NCBI GenBank assembly: GCA_964344345.1
Contig: CAYFNC010000012.1
Span: 12,716 to 76,715 of the forward strand
Direction of reading: 5' to 3'
DNA: 64,000 nt
Source: an uncultured Hyphomicrobiales bacterium
GTDB taxonomy: Bacteria; Pseudomonadota; Alphaproteobacteria; Rhodospirillales; CAYFNC01
Below, in pieces: positions 36,715 through 45,880 of the stretch. Position 1 is the first letter of the stretch. Every line of letters begins with the position of its first letter. Under the pieces are notes generated by a model. It was not told the DNA's origin. It worked only from the letters and a program-made list of their open reading frames with translations, and did not search any database. The translations under genes were made by a program, and so were the position numbers.

Positions 36715-38334
36715 TCAGCTCGCGACAACACGGTTTCGTCCTCCATTCTTGGCGGCGTAGAGCGCCTTGTCGGCGGCCTCCAACGCGTCCGCCGCGCTGT
36801 CTTGCGCCGCCTCGGCCACGCCGCAGCTCAGCGTCGCCGCGAACGGGCCGTCGCTTCCCGGCTGGCGGACGCGGGCGAAGGATTCGCGTACGCCTTCCAT
36901 GACATCGCGCGCCTGATCGACGGTGGCGTCTGGCAGGACGACGGCGAACTCCTCCCCGCCCATGCGGCCGACGATGTCGGCCGAGCGCATGCGCTGCTTC
37001 AACAACCGGGCGAGGCTTTTGATCACCACGTCGCCGACGCCGTGGCCGTGGGTGTCGTTGACGGACTTGAAATGGTCGATGTCGAGCATGGCCAGCGCCA
37101 AGGGCTTCCCGTCGCGCCTGGCGTGGTCCATTTCCTTTTGCAGAAGCTGCACCGTGGTGGTGTGGTTGTAGAGCCCGGTCAGCCCGTCCCGCACCATCAA
37201 GGCGCGCAGCATCCGGAACCGCCGGGCCCTGGAGCGCACGGCGGCGATAAGATGGTCGGGCTTGATCGGCTTGGTCAGGAAGTCGTCGCCGCCCCGGCTC
37301 ATGGCGCCTTGCTGCTTGTCCATGTCCTTCTCGCCGGACAGGAAGACGATGGGAACCCCGGCGAAGGCCTCCTGTTGGCGGATCACGGCGGCCAGCTCCC
37401 ACCCCTCGCAGCCGGGCATGTAAAGGTCCAACAGGATCAGTTCGGGCGCGAAGGTCCCGAGCTTGTCGAGCACGGCCATGGGGTCGGTGGTCGATTCGGC
37501 GATCGCGCCGGCGCCTTGCAGGACCGCCTCGGCGAACTTGGCCATGCTGATGTCGTCGTCGATCACCAGCACGCGGAACGGCTCCCCGCCCTCGGGCGCG
37601 ACGAGGGCGTCCAAGGCGTCAACCAGCTCCGTCGGGTTCACGGGCATGGACAGGAAGGCGTCCGCGCCGGTCCTAACGGCGGCGAGCCGGGTCTCCATGT
37701 CGCCGCGCTCGGACAGGAACAGCAAGGGGAGCGCCTTGCGCCCTTTGACGCTCAAGGTCCGCGACACGTCGTCTATCGGCACGGCCTCTCCGTCGTGGAT
37801 TTCCATGACGACGGCGGCAGGCGCGCGGTCCGCCATGGCGGCGCGAAGTTCGTCCATGCTTGAAACCGCCAGGGTCCGGTATCCGAAGTGCCCGAGCTCC
37901 TGGGCCAGGAATTCCGCGTCGTCGCCGACGGCGTCGAGAAGCACGACGAGCGGCGCTTCCGATTCCGACGCGTTCTCGTCCTTTTCGTCCTCGGCGGGCG
38001 CCCCGGCCGCGGCGGCCTGATCGCGCATCTCGACGAGCAGGGCCTCGACCACCACGGGGGACGGGACCTCGTCCGCGTCCCGAGCCTTGTTGCACACGTC
38101 CTCGAGCCGCCAGGCGGTCTCGCCCACGTCCTTGAAGCCGAAGGTGGGGGCCGAGCCCTTCATCTTGTGGGCCAGGTTGCGGAGCGCGGCCACCGCTTCG
38201 CGTTTCTCGTCAGGGGTCTTGGTCCGCTCGATAGCGGCGTGGGCGTAGGCGATCTCGTCGATGCGCTCGGCCAGCTTTCCGGCGAAGTTCTTTTTCAGAA
38301 CGGCGAGCTTTGCCTCCAGCTTGGCGTCAACCAT
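36715..38334 (-). CDS. HPt - degenerate REC - REC - GGDEF diguanylate cyclase
   Basis: 539 aa. The HPt motif is NLAHKMKGSAPTFG (His56). REC1 has VVMEIH and FLSMPV, so Glu178 and Met230 sit where Asp and Lys are expected. REC2 is canonical (VIDDD, LLDLYMPG, FLTKPI). The GGDEF domain has GGEEF with an RSAD I-site 5 residues upstream. Confidence 0.88.
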   Translation of the reverse strand: MVDAKLEAKLAVLKKNFAGKLAERIDEIAYAHAAIERTKTPDEKREAVAALRNLAHKMKGSAPTFGFKDVGETAWRLEDVCNKARDADEVPSPVVVEALLVEMRDQAAAAGAPAEDEKDENASESEAPLVVLLDAVGDDAEFLAQELGHFGYRTLAVSSMDELRAAMADRAPAAVVMEIHDGEAVPIDDVSRTLSVKGRKALPLLFLSERGDMETRLAAVRTGADAFLSMPVNPTELVDALDALVAPEGGEPFRVLVIDDDISMAKFAEAVLQGAGAIAESTTDPMAVLDKLGTFAPELILLDLYMPGCEGWELAAVIRQQEAFAGVPIVFLSGEKDMDKQQGAMSRGGDDFLTKPIKPDHLIAAVRSRARRFRMLRALMVRDGLTGLYNHTTTVQLLQKEMDHARRDGKPLALAMLDIDHFKSVNDTHGHGVGDVVIKSLARLLKQRMRSADIVGRMGGEEFAVVLPDATVDQARDVMEGVRESFARVRQPGSDGPFAATLSCGVAEAAQDSAADALEAADKALYAAKNGGRNRVVAS

Positions 38335-38719
38335 CGTTCTTGTCCCACAGTTCCCGGACCTGGTCGGGCAGCTCCACCGGTTCGAACGGCTTGGGGATGA
38401 CGCCGATGGCGCCCTGATCGATGTATTCCCGCACCTCGGAAGGCTGGGTGCGCGCGGTCATGAAGACGACGGGGATGTCCTTGGTCGCCGGGTTGGCGCG
38501 AAGGTGGGTCAAGGCCGTCGGCCCGTCCATTTCCGGCATCATGACGTCGAGGATGATCAGGTCCGGGGCGAAGCCCTCCACCTTCTCCAACGCCTCGGCC
38601 CCGTTGGACGCGACCTCGACCGTGAATTCGCCCAAGTCCGCAAGCGACATGATGGCGATGTCCTGGATGTCCGGGTCGTCCTCGGCCAGCAGGATCTTTT
38701 TCAAGGGTTTGTCCGTCAT
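38327..38719 (-). CDS. Single-domain CheY-like response regulator
   Basis: 130 aa. Motifs LLAEDDPD, IILDVMMPEMDG, FMTAR and IPKPF. It lies 3 nt after the kinase stop and overlaps the next gene by 8 nt. Confidence 0.92.
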   Translation of the reverse strand: MTDKPLKKILLAEDDPDIQDIAIMSLADLGEFTVEVASNGAEALEKVEGFAPDLIILDVMMPEMDGPTALTHLRANPATKDIPVVFMTARTQPSEVREYIDQGAIGVIPKPFEPVELPDQVRELWDKNDG

Positions 38720-38722
38720 GGC

Positions 38723-41041
38723 TCAGCGCCCTCCCTTTTCATCCGTGGGCGTCGGGATTTCCACGTGGAACGTGGTTCCCGCGCCTTCCTCGGTGTCGAA
38801 CCAGATTTTCCCGCCATGCTGTTCGACGATGATCTTGCAGATGGCGAGCCCGAGGCCGCTGCCCTCGCGCTTGCGCGTGGTCGAGGCGTCGGCCTGGGAG
38901 AACTTGCCGAAAATGTTGTTCTGGAAGTCCTTGGGAATGCCGTCGCCCCGGTCGGTGACCGACATGCGAACCGCGCCGTCGGCGGACCGGGCCGAAAGGG
39001 TGACCGTCCCGCCCTCGTTCGAGAACTTGGCCGCGTTGGAGACCAGGTTGGTCAGCACCTGCTGAATCCTGTCCGGGTCCGCCATGATCGCGGGATCGCC
39101 CGCCACTCGGTCGATTTCCAGCGAGACATCGAACTGCCGGGTGAAGGACGCGTTGGCCTCCACGGTATGGACGAACAGGTCCAGCACGCGTTGGGGCGCC
39201 ATGGCGTAGGTCATCCGTCCCGCTTCCATCTTGTTGATGTCGAGGATGTCGTTGATGAGCCTCACCAGCCGCCCGCAGTTGCGGTATGCGATGTCGAGAA
39301 GCTTGCGGTGCTTGTCCTCCAGCCCGTCCGGATTCGCCTTGTTGATGAGCGCGAGCGAGCCCTGGATCGAGGTCAAGGGCGTGCGCAGCTCGTGGTTGAC
39401 GGTGGAGATGAATTCGGTCCGCATGCGCTCCACCTCCTTGCGCTCGGTGATGTCGCGGATGATGCCGAGGAACAGCCGTCCGGTTTCAAGCCTGACCTCG
39501 GAAACGCCGAGCTCCAGGGGGAACGTGGTCCCATCGCGGCGACGCCCCTCGACCTCGCGGCCGATGCCGATGATCCGGGCCTCGTTGGTGTCATGGTAAC
39601 GGCGGAGGTAGCCGTCGTGCTCCGAACGATAGGGCTCGGGCATCAGCATGGTCAGGTTTTGTCCCATCACCTCTTCGGCGCGATATCCGAAAATGCGTTC
39701 GGCGGCGGGGTTGAAGGATTGGATCTTTCCCTTTTCGTCTGCGGTGATGATACCGTCGATCACGTTGTCGATAAGGGCGCGGAGGCTCTCCTCGCTCTTG
39801 ACCAAGGCGGCGAGCGAGCCCGCGCGGGTCATCTCGCCACCCATCCATTCGGCGAACAGCAGAATCAGGGTGCGGTCCGCCTCCTGGAACGCGTCGTCAC
39901 TGGGCGCGGCGCTGGAGAAGCTGAGCGTTCCCCACCGCGCGCCTTCCACCCGAATCGGCGCGCCGATGTAGGATTCCAGCTGGAACTTCTCGTAGCACGG
40001 ATGGCCCGAGAAATCGCTTGCGCCCATGTGGTCGATGGCGAGCGGCCCGTCGCGGACCAAGGTGTTGGCGCAATAGGTCTCGCCCAGATCGAACGTCACG
40101 CCGTGATCGGGGGCGCCTTCGCCAGCCGAATGCATAACCATATATTCCTCGCCCCGGATGCGGCTGACCAGTCCCAGGTCCATGCCGAACAGATCCAGCC
40201 CAAGGTTCAACAGACGCTGGATTTTCTCTTGCGGCGGAAGCTCTGCGTCCGCGGTGATCTCGTGCAGGCGGACCAGGGCGTCCTGGTGGCGCTCCAGCCC
40301 GTCCATGCTGGTTTTCAGGGACCGGGCGAGAAGGCCGATTTCGTCGTCGTTCACCTCGGGCGGCTTCCTGCGCGCGTCCCTCTCGGCGAGCCAGTCCCTG
40401 AGGCCGGTGACCGGCCGCAGCACGGCGCGATGGATGGCGACGAACAACAGGCCCCAGACCATCATCACGCCCGCGGCCATCTGCATCGTGAAGGTCCAGG
40501 CGGCATCCGCGGCCTCCGCCTCGGTCGAGCGGGTGTCGAAATGGATGATCACCACCCCATTGGCCCGCGCCGCCAGGTTGTCCGGGTCCGGAAGCAAAAG
40601 CGGGGCGGCGTAATGGAATACCGATCCCTCCCTGTCGAATTCCCGAACCGGCGCCCGGCTTTTCAAGACGGTCTGGATGTCGTCGAGATGCGCGACGTTC
40701 GAAGGCAGGTTCTCGACCGCCTCTCCGACCCAGGCCCGACGGCTCGATGCGAGAACCTTGGGCGGCGTTCCGCCGACCACCAGGGCCAGGGCCACGTTGG
40801 GCTCGCCGCCGACCACGGACACGATGCGCCGGACGTCGGAATAGTCTCGGAGCGATTCCACCGCGTCGCCAAGGATGACGCCCGCCAGGGTTCCCCGGGT
40901 TTCGATCTGCTTGATCAGCTGGGCCTCGAACTTCAGGCGCGCGCCCCACGCGCCGAAAAGAACGGCCGCGACCAGCAACAGCACGAACGGCGCCGTGATC
41001 CTGGCCTTGAGCGAGTTGCTCCAACGTATGCTTTCCGGCAT
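38723..41041 (-). CDS. Membrane sensor histidine kinase (periplasmic domain - HAMP - GAF - PAS - HisKA - HATPase); no REC or HPt
   Basis: 772 aa. Two TM helices flank a loop of about 170 aa. A GAF-like region and a PAS domain (IDGIITADEKGKIQSFNPAAERIFGY) follow. The H-box is STVNHELRTPLTSI. N/G boxes are NLVSNAAKF, DRGDGIP and GSGLGLAI. Confidence 0.88.
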   Translation of the reverse strand: MPESIRWSNSLKARITAPFVLLLVAAVLFGAWGARLKFEAQLIKQIETRGTLAGVILGDAVESLRDYSDVRRIVSVVGGEPNVALALVVGGTPPKVLASSRRAWVGEAVENLPSNVAHLDDIQTVLKSRAPVREFDREGSVFHYAAPLLLPDPDNLAARANGVVIIHFDTRSTEAEAADAAWTFTMQMAAGVMMVWGLLFVAIHRAVLRPVTGLRDWLAERDARRKPPEVNDDEIGLLARSLKTSMDGLERHQDALVRLHEITADAELPPQEKIQRLLNLGLDLFGMDLGLVSRIRGEEYMVMHSAGEGAPDHGVTFDLGETYCANTLVRDGPLAIDHMGASDFSGHPCYEKFQLESYIGAPIRVEGARWGTLSFSSAAPSDDAFQEADRTLILLFAEWMGGEMTRAGSLAALVKSEESLRALIDNVIDGIITADEKGKIQSFNPAAERIFGYRAEEVMGQNLTMLMPEPYRSEHDGYLRRYHDTNEARIIGIGREVEGRRRDGTTFPLELGVSEVRLETGRLFLGIIRDITERKEVERMRTEFISTVNHELRTPLTSIQGSLALINKANPDGLEDKHRKLLDIAYRNCGRLVRLINDILDINKMEAGRMTYAMAPQRVLDLFVHTVEANASFTRQFDVSLEIDRVAGDPAIMADPDRIQQVLTNLVSNAAKFSNEGGTVTLSARSADGAVRMSVTDRGDGIPKDFQNNIFGKFSQADASTTRKREGSGLGLAICKIIVEQHGGKIWFDTEEGAGTTFHVEIPTPTDEKGGR

Positions 41042-41059
41042 CCCCGAGCCCCAAAAGAC

Positions 41060-42022
41060 TTACCTCCCCGCGCCGCCCAGCACGGCCTCGCGATGGGCGA
41101 CGGGCGATGATAGCACGGGTTTGTCGATTTGGCCGATGCCGAGAAGCAGGGCCTCGACGTGCTTCGCCGACTTGTCCACCGCGCCGCCGGGACGCATGTA
41201 CTTGGCCTGCTCCGCGACCGAGAGCACCCGGATCCCCTCCAGGCTTTCGGCGAACTCCTCGACGGTGACGCCGATGCGCTTGGCCATGATCGCGTTGGCC
41301 TCGATGGGGTTTGCGCGGGCGAAGGCGACGGCGGCGTCCCAGGCGCGGACCAGGGCGGCGACCGCGTCGGGACGCGCCTCGATCATGGCGCGGTCCAGGC
41401 TGACCACGTCCACAACCTCGCCGGGGATCGCGCTGGTGTCGAAGATGGTTTTCGCGTCCTCCACCTTGGACAGGCCGACGGAAAACGGGGGATATGTGAC
41501 GGCGGCGTCGATCTCCTTCTTGGCGAAGGCGTTCATCATGTGGGACTGGCCCATGGGGACCACGGTCACGTCGTCGAGCGACAGCCCGGCCTGGTCCAGG
41601 GCGCGGGCGAGCACGAACATGCCGAGCGATGCGGGCTCGGCCGCGACCTTGCGGCCCTTGAGACCCCCCGGCCCGTCCACGTCGTCCCGGGCGATGATCA
41701 CGTCTGCGCCGTCCGAGAAATCCGCCGCCAACACGACCCGGGGCTCGTGTTCGGAGCGGGCGAAAGTCTGAATGACCTCGATCATGGTGGTGGCCATGCC
41801 GTCGACCCGGCCGCGCTCATAGGCGCGGCGGACGTCGCCGAGCGATTCCAGCTCGACCAAATCCACGGCGACGCCCTCGCGCTCGAAAAAGCCCTTCTCG
41901 CGGGCGAGGAACAAAAACTCGTATCCGGGCCAGGGATTGATCCCGATCCGGACCGGTTCTCGCCCTCCGTCGTCGCAGGCGGCGACAACCAAGAGCGACA
42001 ACAATAGAAATACGCGCTTCAT
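41060..42022 (-). CDS. Periplasmic substrate-binding lipoprotein (NMT1/SsuA/TauA-like), orphan
   Basis: Lipobox LSLLVVAAC at the preferred start 42022. Motifs: RIGINPWPGYEFLFLAREKGFF and VAAEPASLGMFVLARAL. No permease or ATPase gene is adjacent. Confidence 0.75.
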   Translation of the reverse strand: MKRVFLLLSLLVVAACDDGGREPVRIGINPWPGYEFLFLAREKGFFEREGVAVDLVELESLGDVRRAYERGRVDGMATTMIEVIQTFARSEHEPRVVLAADFSDGADVIIARDDVDGPGGLKGRKVAAEPASLGMFVLARALDQAGLSLDDVTVVPMGQSHMMNAFAKKEIDAAVTYPPFSVGLSKVEDAKTIFDTSAIPGEVVDVVSLDRAMIEARPDAVAALVRAWDAAVAFARANPIEANAIMAKRIGVTVEEFAESLEGIRVLSVAEQAKYMRPGGAVDKSAKHVEALLLGIGQIDKPVLSSPVAHREAVLGGAGR

Positions 42023-42100
42023 GGCGCCCTCCATGGCGAAAAACATGGAAGGGCATTTAAGGAGGGAACAAACGCGTTTAAAGGACTGGAAATCCGAAAT

Positions 42101-42556
42101 CTAATGCCCACCGTAGTGGATATAGTCGGTCCAGGACCGCTCCAACCGGCGAAGGGTCCGGCAGATGTCCTCGACCCGCTCCTCGTTCACGCCCTGGTCG
42201 GACAGGCCGTCGGCGTGGCGCTGCTCCAACTCGCGGATGGATGCGACCACGTCCAGCGCCTTGGGCGTCAGCCGGATCATCACCGAGCGGCGGTCGTGGG
42301 CCGAGCGCTCCTGCTCCAGATAGCCCATCTCGGTCAGCTTCTTGATGTTGTAGGACACGTTGGAGCCCTGGTAGTAGCCCCGCTCCACCAAGTCGCGGAT
42401 GACGATGTCCTCCTCGCCGATGTTGGCGAGAAGAAGGGCCTGGACGCCGTTGATGTCTTTGACCCCGCGCCGGTTCAGCTCGGCGCGCAGCACGTCGAGG
42501 AAACGGCGGTGCAGCCGTTCGATCAGCCGGGTCAGCTCCAGGTATTCCTTTTTCAC
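42101..42556 (-). CDS. MarR-family winged-helix transcriptional regulator
   Basis: 151 aa. The wHTH region reads DLVERGYYQGSNVSYNIKKLTEMGYLEQERSAHDRRSVMIRLTPKA. Confidence 0.8.
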   Translation of the reverse strand: MKKEYLELTRLIERLHRRFLDVLRAELNRRGVKDINGVQALLLANIGEEDIVIRDLVERGYYQGSNVSYNIKKLTEMGYLEQERSAHDRRSVMIRLTPKALDVVASIRELEQRHADGLSDQGVNEERVEDICRTLRRLERSWTDYIHYGGH

Positions 42557-42607
42557 GACGCCTCAACACTCAAGGAATATTTGCGTTTATATGGGATTTC
42601 CATGGCT

Positions 42608-43780
42608 TCAGCAAGCCGTTGCGTTCCTGCCCGTCGCCACCGACCAGACCACGCCCGCGGCCCTGAGCCCCGGCGACGGCCCGCCCCGGCCCATGGCGGC
42701 GAGCGCCTCGGCGGCGGCTTCGCGCTGCGCCAGCCTAGCGTTCTCGTCGTCCAGCAGACCGGCGACGTCGGCGGCCAGGGTCTCCGGGACGCAGGCTTCC
42801 TGCAGCCGTTCCGGCGTCGCCTCGCGGTCCAGGACGATGTTGACCAGGTTGACGAACCGGACCCGGATCAGGCGCTTTCCGATCCAGGCGGACAGGGGAT
42901 TGACCTTGTAGGCGATCACCGTCGGGACTCCAGCCATGGCGAGTTCGAGAGACACCGTGCCCGACGCGGCCAGCGCGGCGTCGGACGCGGCGAAGGCGCC
43001 GGCCTTTTCGGCCCGGTCGCGGATCACGCGGACGGGAACCGGCCAGTCTTGGACCGCCGCCTCCACATGATCCGCCACGGTCTCGACCGTGGGAACCACC
43101 GCCGACAATCCCGGATGGCCAGGCGCGAGGCGGGACAGGGTTTCGGCGAAGACCGGCAAAAGGCGGTCGGTCTCGCTTCCCCGGCTGCCGGGTAGGACGC
43201 AAAGGACCGGCGCGCCCCGCGCCAGCCCGTGGCGCGCGCGAAAGGCCTCTCCGTCGCCTTTGTCCAGGTCGCTTTCCACCACCGGATGGCCGACGAAGTC
43301 GCAAGGCAGGCCCACGGCCTCGAAGTACGGCGGTTCGAACGGCAGCAGGGCCAGAAGGTGGTCGAGGAAGGTCGCGATCTTCCTCGCGCGGCCGGGCCGC
43401 CAGGCCCAAACGGTCGGGGCCACGTAATGGATCAGCGGAATGCCGGTCAGGCGAAGCTGCTTGGCGACGCGGAAACTGAAATCGGGCGCGTCGATGGTGA
43501 CCACGGCGGCGGGCGCGCGCCTGGCCGCGTCGGCGGCGGTCTGGCGGATGCGTGATAAGAGATTGGGGATGCGGGGCAGCACCTCGGCCAGCCCCATGAC
43601 CGTCAGCTCGTTCATGGGGAACAGGCTCGCCAACCCCTGGGCCTCCATCAACGGCCCCCCGACGCCCGCGAAGCGGACTTGGCCCCCCGACAGCTCCTTC
43701 AACCCAGCCATGAGCCGCGCGCCCAAGGCGTCGCCCGAAGGCTCTCCGGCGATGAGGTAGATCAGGGGCGGGCCGCTCAC
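42608..43780 (-). CDS. lpxB: Lipid-A-disaccharide synthase
   Basis: 390 aa. The N-terminus reads IYLIAGEPSGDALGARLM. Other motifs: DAPDFSFRVAK and LPGSRGSE. Synteny is lpxA-lpxI-lpxB. Confidence 0.95.
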   Translation of the reverse strand: MSGPPLIYLIAGEPSGDALGARLMAGLKELSGGQVRFAGVGGPLMEAQGLASLFPMNELTVMGLAEVLPRIPNLLSRIRQTAADAARRAPAAVVTIDAPDFSFRVAKQLRLTGIPLIHYVAPTVWAWRPGRARKIATFLDHLLALLPFEPPYFEAVGLPCDFVGHPVVESDLDKGDGEAFRARHGLARGAPVLCVLPGSRGSETDRLLPVFAETLSRLAPGHPGLSAVVPTVETVADHVEAAVQDWPVPVRVIRDRAEKAGAFAASDAALAASGTVSLELAMAGVPTVIAYKVNPLSAWIGKRLIRVRFVNLVNIVLDREATPERLQEACVPETLAADVAGLLDDENARLAQREAAAEALAAMGRGGPSPGLRAAGVVWSVATGRNATAC

Positions 43781-44592
43781 GCGGGCTCGATCCCCATCAC
43801 GAACAGCCCGGCGTCGTCGGCGGCCTTGATGACCGCGTCCTGGTCGAGCACCAGGGCGGCCCCGGCCTGCACCGCGACGCCCGCGAGCCCGGCTTCGGCG
43901 GCGGCGTTGACGGTGTCCTCGCCCATGGTGGGCAGATCGACGCGCATTTCCTGCTGGGGCTTTTTCATCTTGGCGAGAACGCCCGCGCGCTCCTCGTCGG
44001 GCTTGAGCGTCGCCAGCATGGCGTCGGTGCCCGCTCGGTCCTCCTCGGCGATCACCTGGCCCGCGCGGGCGACGGCCGCCTGGCCCTTGTCGGCGGCGCC
44101 AAGCTCGAGGGCGGCCTTGGCGGCGATATTCGCGTCCTCGAGGGCCGCCTCGTCCGGCTGGACCGCGCCCCAGACGCCATCCTTGGCCAGCAAGTCGGGA
44201 AGCAGTTCGTGGATGCCCGCGATCTTGAAGCCCTCGCGGTTTTCAAGATCGGACACCAGCGCGGACAGAAGCTTGTCGTCACCCTGGTCGAACCCGCCGC
44301 AGCGCGCCAGGAACTTGATGGTCCAAAGATCGGGGGCGAGCTCCTTCAGAGACGGCTTGCGCACGTCGCCGACCAGCACCACCTCGTCCACCTTTTCCTT
44401 CTTCAGCGCCTTGACCGCCTTGCCCGCCGCGCCGAGGCGTAGCTTGACGTGGGGGACGTCCTCGGTGGTCTCCGGGTCGGCCTGCCTGTCCAGCGCGACC
44501 ACGAACACCGGGCGGCCCTGGCGCTTGCATTCCTCGATCAGCAGGATCGGCGCGCGGCCGCCGCCGGCCAGGATGCCGAGCTTGCCCGCCAT
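43777..44592 (-). CDS. lpxI: UDP-2,3-diacylglucosamine pyrophosphatase LpxI (DUF1009)
   Basis: 271 aa. It starts LGILAGGGRAPILL... and has a C-terminal VDLPTMGEDTV. It occupies the lpxA-lpxB slot typical of alphaproteobacteria that lack LpxH. It overlaps lpxB by 4 nt. Confidence 0.88.
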   Translation of the reverse strand: MAGKLGILAGGGRAPILLIEECKRQGRPVFVVALDRQADPETTEDVPHVKLRLGAAGKAVKALKKEKVDEVVLVGDVRKPSLKELAPDLWTIKFLARCGGFDQGDDKLLSALVSDLENREGFKIAGIHELLPDLLAKDGVWGAVQPDEAALEDANIAAKAALELGAADKGQAAVARAGQVIAEEDRAGTDAMLATLKPDEERAGVLAKMKKPQQEMRVDLPTMGEDTVNAAAEAGLAGVAVQAGAALVLDQDAVIKAADDAGLFVMGIEPA

Positions 44593-44593
44593 G

Positions 44594-45394
44594 TCAGGCC
44601 GCGTCCTTCAGCTTGGGCTGACAGATGGCGCGGGATGAATCGGTGTTGATGAAATCGACGATCTCCATCACCGGCTCGTTGTCGGGGAACAGCTCGGCCA
44701 CGTCGGCGAGCCGTTCGGCCATTGTGCCCTCCTCGGCGAAGATCAGGCGATAGGCCCGGCGCAGGTTGTGGACGTCGTCGCGCGAGAAGCTCCGCCGCTT
44801 CAGGCCGACGATGTTCAGGCCCGAAAGGCTCGCCCGGTTGCCGGTGACCGAGCCGTAGGGAATGACGTCGTTCTCCACCCCGCTCATGCCGCCGATCATG
44901 GCGTGGCGGCCGATGCGCACGAATTGATGCACCGCCGACAGGCCGCCGACGATGGCCCATTCCCCGATTTCCACGTGTCCGGCCAACGTCGCGTTGTTGA
45001 CCAGGATGGCGTTGTCGCCGATGACGCAGTCGTGCGCCACGTGCGCGCCCATCATGAACAGGCAGTTGTTGCCGACGGTGGTCAGCATGCCGCCGCCCTC
45101 GGTGCCTGGATTCATGGTGACGTGCTCGCGGATCATGTTGTTGGCGCCGATGATCAGCTCGGACGGCTCGCCCCTATACTTCAGGTCCTGGGGCTGGTGG
45201 CCGATGGACGCGAAGGGAAAGATCTTGGTGTTGGGGCCGACGCGGGTGCGGCCCGCGACGGCCGCGTGGGAGACCAGGGTGACGCCCTCGGCCAGCTCCA
45301 CGTCCGCGCCGACGATGCAGTAGGGGCCGACGGTCGCGCTGTCGTGGACGCTCGCCCCGTCCTCGACGATGGCGGTGGGATGGATATTGGTCAT
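44594..45394 (-). CDS. lpxA: UDP-N-acetylglucosamine acyltransferase
   Basis: 266 aa. It starts [11 protein letters not shown] and has hexapeptide repeats and a helical C-terminal domain. Confidence 0.96.
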   Translation of the reverse strand: MTNIHPTAIVEDGASVHDSATVGPYCIVGADVELAEGVTLVSHAAVAGRTRVGPNTKIFPFASIGHQPQDLKYRGEPSELIIGANNMIREHVTMNPGTEGGGMLTTVGNNCLFMMGAHVAHDCVIGDNAILVNNATLAGHVEIGEWAIVGGLSAVHQFVRIGRHAMIGGMSGVENDVIPYGSVTGNRASLSGLNIVGLKRRSFSRDDVHNLRRAYRLIFAEEGTMAERLADVAELFPDNEPVMEIVDFINTDSSRAICQPKLKDAA

Positions 45395-45864
45395 TGTTCC
45401 TTGTCCAGGATCATGGCTGCGAAGACCGCCTCGGCCACGGTTGCGCCGTCGACGGTGACGTCGCCCTTGAATTTCCAGACGTTGCCGCGCCGGTGCTGCT
45501 TGGTGACGTCCACGCGCAGACTGTCGCCGGGGGTCACCGGCTTGCGGAAGCGGACGTTGTCGATGGTCATGAAATAGACGTCGCTGCCCTCGGCGTCGGG
45601 GCCCAGGGTGGCCACCACCAGGACTCCGGCGGTCTGGGCCATGGCCTCGACGATCATCACGCCCGGCATCACCGGACGGTTTGGAAAGTGGCCCTGGAAG
45701 AACGGCTCGTTGATGGAGACGTTCTTGATTCCGACCGCGCGCTCCCCCGGGTCGAATTCCACCACCCGATCGATCATCAGGAACGGAAACCTGTGCGGAA
45801 TCATGTCCATGATCCGCTGGATGTCGATGACCGAACCCACGGCCTTACCGACTTCCTCCCCCAT
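45391..45864 (-). CDS. fabZ: 3-hydroxyacyl-ACP dehydratase FabZ
   Basis: 157 aa. Motifs: [28 protein letters not shown] and EAMAQ. Confidence 0.97.
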   Translation of the reverse strand: MGEEVGKAVGSVIDIQRIMDMIPHRFPFLMIDRVVEFDPGERAVGIKNVSINEPFFQGHFPNRPVMPGVMIVEAMAQTAGVLVVATLGPDAEGSDVYFMTIDNVRFRKPVTPGDSLRVDVTKQHRRGNVWKFKGDVTVDGATVAEAVFAAMILDKEQ

Positions 45865-45880
45865 TTTTCGTCTCTCCTCG

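Noticed and set aside
38261-41110. 949-aa plus-strand ORF across the CheY-like and kinase genes. The same applies to similar plus-strand ORFs at 36694..37863 and 41129..42007.
   Set aside because: They are antisense shadows. The minus-strand frames have H-box, N/G-box, REC and GGDEF motifs.
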